Virus record (IMG/VR): IMGVR_UViG_3300006028_000002
Location: 1-64,000 of that record
Source of the DNA: a virus
DNA: 64,000 nt
Reading direction: 5' to 3' (one strand)
Every line of letters begins with the position of its first letter. Position 1 is the stretch's first letter. The notes below the pieces were generated by a model. That model did not search any database. It was not told the origin of the DNA and was given only the letters and a program-made list of their open reading frames with translations. Shown here in pieces: positions 19,015-26,933 of this stretch. The position numbers were made by a program, and so were the translations under genes.

Positions 19015-19620
19015 TCACCTCACCCAATCTCTAATGATTTTCTGTTGTGCCTGTTCGAGTGTGAGCGCGCCGGAGCATACCTGCCGGTGCAACAGATCTT
19101 CCTCACGGTCCTTGTCCTCGGCCGATGTCAATGGCGATGCCCCGGCCCGAGCTCGGCGTTGCGGGAACAGATTGACCGGTAGCCCTTTCGACCCGATCGT
19201 ATGCCCTGTATCGCCGTCTAGTTCGAGCGGAGCAATGTGATCCTCCTCGATGTTTCTGCCCGGGTCGGGATCGGTGATGCCGTAGGCGGCCATCTCGCGT
19301 TGTTTCCAGTTGTTGGTGTATGCATCCGAGGGCCGGCGTTTCTGGATCCAGGTCTTCTGGCCAGGCGGTGGTGGGGGCGCGCAGAGGGTGTGCAGATACC
19401 TCGGTGCGTCGGCGGTTACTTCCGCATCGTGTGAGAACAGTCCGGGATTACAGCGCGCATCCGCCCGACCGTTGACAGAGGTGCACATCGCGGAAACCAC
19501 TGTGGTATGCGGCGGTTGCTGAATGGATTGCGTATAGCCCTGTGATCCGGGATGAGTTGGTGCGCACGCCGATAGCGCGAAGGCCACGGCGGCCAGCCCG
19601 ATGATGCGGTGCGGTTCCAT
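19015..19620 (-). CDS. lipoprotein with HNH-like nuclease domain
   Basis: Lipobox LSAC after a hydrophobic stretch; EEDHIAPLELDG...NLFPQ...KDREEDLLHRQVC. Confidence 0.72.
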   Translation of the reverse strand: MEPHRIIGLAAVAFALSACAPTHPGSQGYTQSIQQPPHTTVVSAMCTSVNGRADARCNPGLFSHDAEVTADAPRYLHTLCAPPPPPGQKTWIQKRRPSDAYTNNWKQREMAAYGITDPDPGRNIEEDHIAPLELDGDTGHTIGSKGLPVNLFPQRRARAGASPLTSAEDKDREEDLLHRQVCSGALTLEQAQQKIIRDWVR

Positions 19621-19764
19621 ACCTATCCCTTCAGTTTGTCGGTCAGCGATAATCCTACCCAGATCAAACCTATGACGGTCACCCAGCCCCACACACCGAG
19701 GGCAGCCGCCACAGAGAAAATCTGGGTAACGGCCGCTACGGCGCCTTGCCAGAGGCTATCCATG

Positions 19765-20208
19765 CTATGTCTTTACGAAAGGATCGATCAGATCGAGCTT
19801 AATTCCCCATCCATCCCACCACGGGCGCACCAAGTATGTGCCCGCTGACAAACCCATCTCGAATGCTATCTCTCCAAGATCTCCAGCCCAGTCGTAGGCG
19901 AAGCATCGCGCAATCGGCCGGTTTGGTTCATCCTCAATGTAACGATGAATCCCAACTGCCGACGCGGAGCACGGCCAATCTTGACTGATGAAGTCAGCAT
20001 AATCATCTAGTTCACCTACACACCCTAGCGAACACCTACAAGGCTCCCATACTGAGCAAGGCATTCCTGCGGTAGGGGGATCGTGAGGGCAAACGATGTC
20101 TATGCAGTCCCAGCATCCGAAATCTTCTCCCAGGTATTCGGATGATGGCCACGCATGCAAGATAAGAATGTGCGGCATTACAGTGTCAATACTAGCGTTG
20201 GTGCACAT
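19765..20208 (-). CDS. Cys-rich hypothetical protein
   Basis: Start refined to MCTNAS after GGAGG. Confidence 0.55.
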   Translation of the reverse strand: MCTNASIDTVMPHILILHAWPSSEYLGEDFGCWDCIDIVCPHDPPTAGMPCSVWEPCRCSLGCVGELDDYADFISQDWPCSASAVGIHRYIEDEPNRPIARCFAYDWAGDLGEIAFEMGLSAGTYLVRPWWDGWGIKLDLIDPFVKT

Positions 20209-21216
20209 AGGGTCGCCTCCGTTGCTTGCGAATGTGGCGGGCAATGAGTTCGATGATGATGGCGGCCCCGGTGAGGACACCCAGACCCCAGACGATGTAG
20301 GTCTGTACGGACATGACGAGCTCGCGGGGGAACAACCCGGGAATGAGGAAGATGCCGAGCCCGGCCATTGGTACCCAGAGACAGAGGATCTCGAACGGCC
20401 CGCCAGCCCGGAATGCCAGCCATTTAGGCAGCCGCCAGAATTGATCGAGCCATATGCCCGGTACCCCCATCTCGGTAAACGCATCCCCATAGATGTGTAG
20501 ATACATCCCGAGTGCGACGACGACACCGAGCCAGCCGCCATGCGCCACCACCCAGGGGTACTGTATCGCCAGCAGCGCCAGATCGGCCGCGACGAAAATG
20601 GTCATGAGCTTACCCACCGGCAGATCGATTTTACGCCAGTAGGTGAAGTAGATGGCATGAGTGTGCAGCTGCGGTCGTCGGGCGCGTTTTAGTGCCACCA
20701 TCCAGGGCACAAACCGGATGAGGTAATGGGCGAGCTCCATGGCCCAGCGATGCCGGATTGTGTCGGTTGACCGGGCTGCGTATTCGGGTACGGTTAGCCC
20801 GCGCAACGCGGCGGTGTAGAGCACCACCAGGGTGCCGAACAGCGCCCACTTATCGACGTAACAGAAGGCGGAGACCAGCCCCCCGGTAACCAGGGGAGCC
20901 GGCCACCAGTGGGTAACGCCGCGATGCGGCCCCGGGGGTTTGCGATGCCCGCCGCGCTTGGTGAGGTCAGCGACGAAAAAATGTACCTGGATGACGCCTT
21001 TGTGGACTTGCTTGCTCAGAATCCCCAACGATGTAGATATGGTACTGTTTTTGTAATCTATATCAGGCAGTAATGCCGCACCAGCTGTAGCGAGTGCAAG
21101 TGCTATTGAGGTAGAGAGCGCCGCTGCTGGAGTCCAGTCATGAAACAACGATAGCCAATTAATTACGATTAGCGCTGTGATCCAGCCGGAGATAACGCGT
21201 GTCCTGGCGCGTTCAT
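20192..21216 (-). pseudogene. YdjM-like membrane metal-dependent hydrolase with apparent 5' frameshift
   Basis: LLPDID, HRGVTH, HIYGD motifs and many TM segments. AAGGAGGT RBS + MNAPGHALS at 21216 is 2 nt out of frame with the body (ORF track start TTG 21148). Confidence 0.7.
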
Positions 21217-21515
21217 GTTTGCATCACCTCCTTACTCGTCAAGGAACTAGGCCAACTTGCCCAACAATTAGATACCATCACGTTGTGTCCCTAATTGCCC
21301 ACAACCATGCGGCAGCGGTGAGCACGCCTAGCCCGGCATTCACCCATTCCATCATCGCATCGGATCCTTTCTGTGCTGTCTTCCGTGTGGGCAGGTATAC
21401 CCTTGCCGCCACGCCCATGCACAGTTCGGCGAGCGTTGACAGTGATAATGCATGGCGACAGTGAAGCTGAGCCCGATAATCAGCGGACTGAACAGCAATA
21501 GCGCCTGCCAGTTCA

Positions 21516-21701
21516 TCAGTGACCCCAGATAAATGAGCCAGCTTCCTCGGCTTGTGCTCGCGTTAGATCGGTTTCGAGTCCTGCGATTGCCTCAGCCCGA
21601 TCGTGCAGAGCCTCCTCGTGGGTAACTCCGTCGAATGCGTGAACAGGCATTGTCCGAGCATTATGGAGCTGTAGTTCAATCTCCTCGGAACGGCGAGACA
21701 T
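21516..21701 (-). CDS. hypothetical protein
   Basis: 61 aa, AGAGGGA RBS. Confidence 0.6.
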   Translation of the reverse strand: MSRRSEEIELQLHNARTMPVHAFDGVTHEEALHDRAEAIAGLETDLTRAQAEEAGSFIWGH

Positions 21702-21716
21702 TGGGGTCCCTCTTTT

Positions 21717-22241
21717 CTATAGCGGGATCTTGATGGGTCCGGGGGTGGGCCCGCGGGGGCAACCTTTCACCACCGCACAGACTTCACGCCCACCCAGGAG
21801 AGCAGGAATCAGAATAGCCAGCAGGAGAACAACACCGACAGCTGTACCGATCACAAGGATATTAGCGGTCAGCCACAACACAACGGAGACCACCCAGCTG
21901 ACGACGATGGCAATGATGGCCAGGGGGCACGCCACTACCAAGAAACGGCAGAGATAGATAATAGCATCGCCATCGACAAAAGCGTCTTTGATCCGTGCTC
22001 CCAGGGTGTCCGAGTAGATGGCGCGGAGTTCAGGAGTATCGAGCTCGGTCGCATTCGGTATCGCCAGATCTTTGCCCGCGGTGGTGGTGGCTGGCGGATG
22101 GGTCAATCCTTTCGGCTGGACGTAATCAGTGAGGTGGAATGTCTCGCCCTCGATGACGAGACGCCCGTCCGCGGTGGTGTCGACGCGCCCGCCACGGATC
22201 AATGGCGTTGTCTCTGGTGCGCCGCTTTTGTTGATACGCAT
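21717..22241 (-). CDS. membrane protein (2 TM)
   Basis: Long hydrophobic C-terminal half; GGAG RBS. Confidence 0.7.
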   Translation of the reverse strand: MRINKSGAPETTPLIRGGRVDTTADGRLVIEGETFHLTDYVQPKGLTHPPATTTAGKDLAIPNATELDTPELRAIYSDTLGARIKDAFVDGDAIIYLCRFLVVACPLAIIAIVVSWVVSVVLWLTANILVIGTAVGVVLLLAILIPALLGGREVCAVVKGCPRGPTPGPIKIPL

Positions 22242-22267
22242 TGCTCTCATCTCCAGTTCACTGATCT

Positions 22268-22444
22268 TTAACGCCGATCTAGATGCTTGTCTTTACCGTA
22301 AAAGCCAGGCCCGCCATACCGCGGATTGTTGGGGCAACGATCCATTTTCTCGCCGATTTCCTGGTCTTCCGGATCATCACTTTCTCTGTAACGCCTGACA
22401 TTGTCATACCACTTGTCTGCTGAATTGCTACTGAATAAACGCAT
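22268..22444 (-). CDS. hypothetical protein
   Basis: Shares a 21-nt start region with the downstream gene. Confidence 0.55.
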   Translation of the reverse strand: MRLFSSNSADKWYDNVRRYRESDDPEDQEIGEKMDRCPNNPRYGGPGFYGKDKHLDRR

Positions 22445-22474
22445 TGTTCTCATCTCCAGCTGATTTGGGGCTAG

Positions 22475-22669
22475 TCATATCAGAGGCAGGCGTTCGCCAT
22501 TGGGGCCACGTATCTCGATACCTTTCAGTGCTTTCTTGGTGAGATCCCACTCGGAGTCGTTACGCTGCCAGGTTGTATCGCATTCGGAGCAATAGCCCGC
22601 TCGAACAGCGCTTGCATCGCAGTAGTGTCCTCGAATTATTGAGTAGGCCATTACCGCATTCCCTTTCAT
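22475..22669 (-). CDS. small hypothetical protein
   Basis: HYC...CSEC; ATGA overlap. Confidence 0.5.
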   Translation of the reverse strand: MKGNAVMAYSIIRGHYCDASAVRAGYCSECDTTWQRNDSEWDLTKKALKGIEIRGPNGERLPLI

Positions 22670-23034
22670 CCGTTGTAAATGCTGCCGATAGGAAATCTGT
22701 CGTAGACCTCTTTCGAGACGCAGTGGGTGCCGTGGATGTCGGGTCGGTCGATCTCGCGGATTACGAGAATCCAGCAGTTGTCGCCGGAGTCATAGCCATT
22801 GCGAGCCACCACGGTCTCCTGTAGCGAATGCACGACACTAGGCACGCCTGGCAGATCCCCGTCGTAATGACAGGTATAGGGAGTGCCGTCATACTGAATC
22901 ACGTCACAGGAGGGAAGTGCCGAGGCATTAACATTATGGCTGGCGCCGAGGTCAGGGAAAATCCGAAGCAACACGATGATAAAGAGCAGCCCGAGAATGG
23001 TATTGCGGACCTTGTGCTCGGATCTCCCACCCAT
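22666..23034 (-). CDS. membrane-anchored exported protein
   Basis: N-terminal TM, four Cys, AGGAG RBS. Confidence 0.65.
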   Translation of the reverse strand: MGGRSEHKVRNTILGLLFIIVLLRIFPDLGASHNVNASALPSCDVIQYDGTPYTCHYDGDLPGVPSVVHSLQETVVARNGYDSGDNCWILVIREIDRPDIHGTHCVSKEVYDRFPIGSIYNG

Positions 23035-23036
23035 GA

Positions 23037-23282
23037 CTATCTACTCCTGAAAACCAGGCGGGTCAGCCAACCCGCGATTTTGTCGGTGATGAGGTACGCT
23101 ACCGTGAAAACGATCGCAGCGATGGCCATGGCCACCAGGATCATCGGGGTACCATTCCAGTCGAATTTGTTTTCAATATCATAAGCCACGCGGACGGCAA
23201 CTAGAATCGAGAGCAGCATTACCGTTGTGTCGCACAGCTTTTCGGTGAACAGCTTGAGCATTACGAGCGCCTCCTGATCCAA
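23037..23282 (-). CDS. small membrane protein (2 TM)
   Basis: Two hydrophobic segments. Confidence 0.65.
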   Translation of the reverse strand: MDQEALVMLKLFTEKLCDTTVMLLSILVAVRVAYDIENKFDWNGTPMILVAMAIAAIVFTVAYLITDKIAGWLTRLVFRSR

Positions 23283-23416
23283 TGCTTACCGGCAAAGATG
23301 TAGTGCCGATCCCCCATCTTGTCATAGAGATAACCGAGCCAGCCAATGGTGATGACGGTAAGAATCCCTCCTACTACCGCACCCATTACAAACGCTGTGA
23401 TGATAAATATGGTCAT
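23261..23416 (-). CDS. small membrane protein
   Basis: MTIFIITAFVMGAVVGGILTVITIGWLGYLY; TAATG overlap. Confidence 0.55.
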   Translation of the reverse strand: MTIFIITAFVMGAVVGGILTVITIGWLGYLYDKMGDRHYIFAGKHWIRRRS

Positions 23417-23574
23417 TAGAGCCGGTGACCCATTCCGAACCCAAATGGTCCCGGGAATGAAATCCATACGCGATGCCACCAAGAGCGGTGATGCCGACTG
23501 TTGCGGTACCGATGGCCAGAGAATGCAAAGTGAATGATGAGATAGCAGATGACGATGATGGCTAGTGTGTGCAT
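23416..23574 (-). CDS. small membrane protein (52 aa)
   Basis: My translation MHTLAIIVICYLIIHFAFSGHRYR...; AGGA RBS; below the ORF-track cutoff. Confidence 0.5.
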   Translation of the reverse strand: MHTLAIIVICYLIIHFAFSGHRYRNSRHHRSWWHRVWISFPGPFGFGMGHRL

Positions 23575-23586
23575 GAATGCTCAGTC

Positions 23587-23772
23587 CTATCGTGAAGCGT
23601 AGAAGTGTTTAGAGAACCGTCGGTTGTTTCGTGATGTCCGCACATCCTCCCGAGTGGGTAGTAATCCTTGCTGAATAACCCGGTGCATTCCTCGCAGATT
23701 CCGTAAGTCCACTCCTCCTAATTCATCCAGCTCGCTCAGTTCCTCCCACCAGTGCACCTGTGCCGTAGTCAT
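23587..23772 (-). CDS. hypothetical protein
   Basis: 61 aa, ATGA overlap. Confidence 0.55.
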   Translation of the reverse strand: MTTAQVHWWEELSELDELGGVDLRNLRGMHRVIQQGLLPTREDVRTSRNNRRFSKHFYASR

Positions 23773-24239
23773 GATGTCCCTCTCGATGGCCGGTTAGCCG
23801 GTAGTCCGTACAGACGGGTTAATTCAGCTGTCAGTAAATCATTAACCTCTTGGATAGAAAGATCGCGATCATTCTCTTTGAGTACGTTCTCAGCGATTTC
23901 AAAGAATTTGTCCCGAGATAACCTAGGCCATAACTGCTGAGCTCCCTCACACATTGCGCCGATGATGAGAATGGGTACGCCGGGTGATCGCATTCTGTGG
24001 CTCCTTTTATGCTGACGCCGTTTGATTTCTTCTCGAATAGCAGGTAGGTAGTCTCTTGTTCTACGTACTGGTTTATTGGGATCTAATTTGCGGTTTGGTA
24101 CACCATGTTGCTGGATAAATGATAGTAGTCTTTCGTCGGTAGGCTCGGTATAGTCTGCCTTATACCGCATCCACTCGGATGCCCATACCGAGGCAATGAT
24201 GCCACGTGCGTTTTCCTCGTTTGCCTCGTGTGCAATCAT
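23769..24239 (-). CDS. hypothetical basic protein
   Basis: 156 aa, AAGGA RBS, lower GC. Confidence 0.6.
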   Translation of the reverse strand: MIAHEANEENARGIIASVWASEWMRYKADYTEPTDERLLSFIQQHGVPNRKLDPNKPVRRTRDYLPAIREEIKRRQHKRSHRMRSPGVPILIIGAMCEGAQQLWPRLSRDKFFEIAENVLKENDRDLSIQEVNDLLTAELTRLYGLPANRPSRGTS

Positions 24240-24243
24240 GTCC

Positions 24244-25437
24244 TTATCGCCTTCCTGTCAATGACTCCCAGAGACTCCGAATCCGGCTGCGCTGGCCGCC
24301 ATGGATTCGCCGGGGGTCGATGTCAATCAATGTGCTCAAATCAAAGTCATCGGTGACGCCCGTGGTATCCAATATCCGGCAATCGGTTTTCGCCCGACCG
24401 GTGCGGGGATCGATCCAAGGCTTTCCCGTCCGCGGGTCGATGCAGGGTCGCAGGCCGCGCCCGATCATCTGGGTGAGGAATCCGGGGGATTCCGTGTAAC
24501 GATCCAGCAGAATGCAGCTCACCTGCGGGCAGTCGAATCCCTCCGTGGCAACACCCACATTGACCATGACGCGGATCTCGCCGGCCGCCAGTTTCTTATA
24601 GATTACCTGCCGGTCCTCATAGGGCGTGGATCCGATGACCAATGCCACCGGTACTCCGGCATCCTGGAATGCAGCCGTGCGCATGTGAGCTAGTTTGATG
24701 CTGGAGGTGTAGACGATTGTGATGCGGTTTTCCGCTTTGCGTAGCCATTCCTGGGCGATGCGCTGGGAATCACGCTCATCGAGGCCCCGTGAGGTCAATG
24801 GCCGGAAAAACTGCCGAAACCGATCCCCGCGCCGTTCCAGTTTGATGCGCTTGGTGCTGTATTTCACCAGGAGTTGCTGACTGATCGCCCACTCCGGGGT
24901 CACCACATCCGCAACCGACTCAAACAGGTCATCGAATTGTTGCCCATCGCCGCGAGTGAGAGTAGCGGTCACGCCCAGCAGTTTGGTGCGCCGCTGGTCG
25001 AAACAGCCAGCCCAGCGAGCAATCATCAGATACGATTTGGCCAACGCGTGGTGGACCTCATCGATAACGACCAGTGTGGGCACCCAGCCGATAGCATCGA
25101 GAGCTGCCTGTCGTTTCGGCCGGCACATGGATTGCACCATGGCGATAATGAGGTCGTAGCCGATGTCATTCTGTGCGGCCTGGATGCGACCCACCGGGAT
25201 TTTTGAGTAGGCGGCGATGCGTTCGGTGAGTTGATCGAGCAGTTCCGAGCGGTGCGCCAGCACCAATACCCGGCCACCTTTCGCAACCTCATCGATACAG
25301 GCGTCGGCAATATAATCGGTTTTTCCGATACCCGTAGGCCACACGATAGCAGTACGAGTAACCCCAGATTCCCACTCAGCATCAGTTCGATCGCGTGCGA
25401 TTTGCTGATATTCGCGTAATTGGCGTGGCGTATTCAT
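24244..25437 (-). CDS. SF2 DEAD/DEAH helicase (ResIII-like)
   Basis: LREYQ, PTGIGKT, LAHRSEL, IDEVHH, TATLTRGD, TEGFDCP, QMIGRGLR. Confidence 0.92.
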   Translation of the reverse strand: MNTPRQLREYQQIARDRTDAEWESGVTRTAIVWPTGIGKTDYIADACIDEVAKGGRVLVLAHRSELLDQLTERIAAYSKIPVGRIQAAQNDIGYDLIIAMVQSMCRPKRQAALDAIGWVPTLVVIDEVHHALAKSYLMIARWAGCFDQRRTKLLGVTATLTRGDGQQFDDLFESVADVVTPEWAISQQLLVKYSTKRIKLERRGDRFRQFFRPLTSRGLDERDSQRIAQEWLRKAENRITIVYTSSIKLAHMRTAAFQDAGVPVALVIGSTPYEDRQVIYKKLAAGEIRVMVNVGVATEGFDCPQVSCILLDRYTESPGFLTQMIGRGLRPCIDPRTGKPWIDPRTGRAKTDCRILDTTGVTDDFDLSTLIDIDPRRIHGGQRSRIRSLWESLTGRR

Positions 25438-25970
25438 GATAGATGAGTCCAAGTCTGTCGCCTGACGATGAATCCGACATTTTGTCGCGTGATGCTAAAC
25501 TGTCTAGCTATCGCTGGATAAGATTGCCCAGACGCCGCCAGTAGTCTAATCATTTCAACGTCGGCATCATTGAGTTTGCGATTGCCATTACGTTCCCCAT
25601 GCTGCACTGTGTTGTGCTTAACTTTATCTAACATGTTGTCTCTATGTGTGGTCCATCTGAGGTTAGTCCACTCATTATTGTGCGTATTATTGTCCGCATG
25701 AGCAACTTCCATTCCCTCTGGTTTCGTGCCGATAAATGCGGTAGCTACAAGAACATGTATGCCGACTGAGTAGTTCGCGCCGCTTACTCTGTAAACTACA
25801 ACGAGATATTTTCTATCCTTACAGGTGGGTGTGATAAGTTTTCCAGAGCGTCCGATGATAGATCCGTAATTTCCGACTAGGAATCCGGGGTGCAGCGGGT
25901 CTGATGATCTAAATTGCTCGACATTGCCCATTTGACCTATACGAGCACAGTAGCTACATTTGCCAGTCAT
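25434..25970 (-). CDS. HNH endonuclease with C-terminal HTH
   Basis: IHVLVATAFIG...VAHADNNTHNNEWTNLRW, HGERNG..KL, IARQFSIT; low GC. Confidence 0.88.
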   Translation of the reverse strand: MTGKCSYCARIGQMGNVEQFRSSDPLHPGFLVGNYGSIIGRSGKLITPTCKDRKYLVVVYRVSGANYSVGIHVLVATAFIGTKPEGMEVAHADNNTHNNEWTNLRWTTHRDNMLDKVKHNTVQHGERNGNRKLNDADVEMIRLLAASGQSYPAIARQFSITRQNVGFIVRRQTWTHLS

Positions 25971-25976
25971 TGGACT

Positions 25977-26408
25977 TCACGACGCCTTCCTGCGAGCCGG
26001 AGCCCTGCGCGTGCGGGTGCTGGCGGTGTGGATCCGTCGAATCGGTTTCCGAACGGGAACCCATCCGAGCATGTACCAGGCCACCACGATGACTTCGATC
26101 AACGCGGCGATCAGCCGCATGTAATGGTTGCCAGTCCAGAGGGAAAACGGAACGGCCATGTTGGAAGCAATGGCGATATCGAACCAGATGGAAGGCATCG
26201 CCCGGCGCGTGGTGATCTTGCGGCGCAGCCTGTTGGCGATCTTGTTCACTGTCTTGCTCCTGACTGAGCAGGTGCCGCCCACCGCATACCCCGGGAGAGT
26301 CTGGTTGGGGCCTTGCTGGTGGGGGGCGCTACGTTGTTGCCTGACATCATCAGTATGGCCTTGCGCACGCACGTTGTCAAGAGGTACTGACGAGCTGGTC
26401 TCAGCCAT
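25977..26408 (-). CDS. membrane protein (2 TM, basic tail)
   Basis: Two hydrophobic segments; overlaps the upstream gene. Confidence 0.6.
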   Translation of the reverse strand: MAETSSSVPLDNVRAQGHTDDVRQQRSAPHQQGPNQTLPGYAVGGTCSVRSKTVNKIANRLRRKITTRRAMPSIWFDIAIASNMAVPFSLWTGNHYMRLIAALIEVIVVAWYMLGWVPVRKPIRRIHTASTRTRRAPARRKAS

Positions 26409-26727
26409 CCCTGGACCTCATCTGATCGGGAAGGTTGCGGAGCAGATGCCCTCCGCCGAGGATTCGGATCGCGAGCGCGGCTGGTCGTAGTTTCTTGCCG
26501 GTGGTGCCGCAGTACCCGCAGTGCTCACCGAAGTTCTGACGAGCCTTATCCCAGTTCCGCCCCTTGTCACAGTGCTTGCACGGGCGTAGCGGGCGCCACG
26601 TCACCTCCATAAACCAGATCATCACCACGGCCGGCACGAGCAGGATGAGATGCGCCGCCACGCCGATGCGTGCGCCCAGCGACAGCACCGCCATGAGCAC
26701 CGCACCGCTCAGTATCAGGTACCTCAC
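26401..26727 (-). CDS. membrane protein with DnaJ-like CxxC zinc finger
   Basis: 2 TM + WRPLRPCKHCDKG...CGYCGTTGKKLR; I recognise this pattern from genes next to FtsK/TraB in actinomycete conjugative elements. Confidence 0.7.
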   Translation of the reverse strand: MRYLILSGAVLMAVLSLGARIGVAAHLILLVPAVVMIWFMEVTWRPLRPCKHCDKGRNWDKARQNFGEHCGYCGTTGKKLRPAALAIRILGGGHLLRNLPDQMRSRDG

Positions 26728-26933
26728 GAGGGCCTCCTGTTACCTTGCGCGGGCCTCGAACGCAGGGGCACTCCGGGGGCACTCCGGAGATCGTTAAACC
26801 CGCTCCGGCGTAGCGCCTCCGGAGTGCCTAGAGCGCGAGGGCACTCCGGCCCGTAGCGCCCGTGACCAGCAGGTTTGTCGAGGGCACTCCGGCCGGAGTG
26901 GGGTGCGGAGTGGGGTGCGGAGCGGGGCATCAC
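26724..26933 (-). CDS. 69-aa ORF spanning the repeat array
   Basis: GTGA overlaps with both neighbours; sequence is dictated by the DNA repeats. Confidence 0.4.
   Translation of the reverse strand: MMPRSAPHSAPHSGRSALDKPAGHGRYGPECPRALGTPEALRRSGFNDLRSAPGVPLRSRPAQGNRRPS
26766..26928. repeat. clt-like array of short repeats
   Basis: GGGCACTCCGG at 26766, 26777, 26839, 26882; inverted CCGGAGTG at 26819, 26893; further CGGAG(T/C)GGGG copies and CGCTCCGG at 26801; directly 3' of the translocase gene. Confidence 0.8.

Noticed and set aside
26766-26928. Repeat array as a mini-CRISPR
   Set aside because: Units are 8-12 bp, irregularly spaced and in both orientations.
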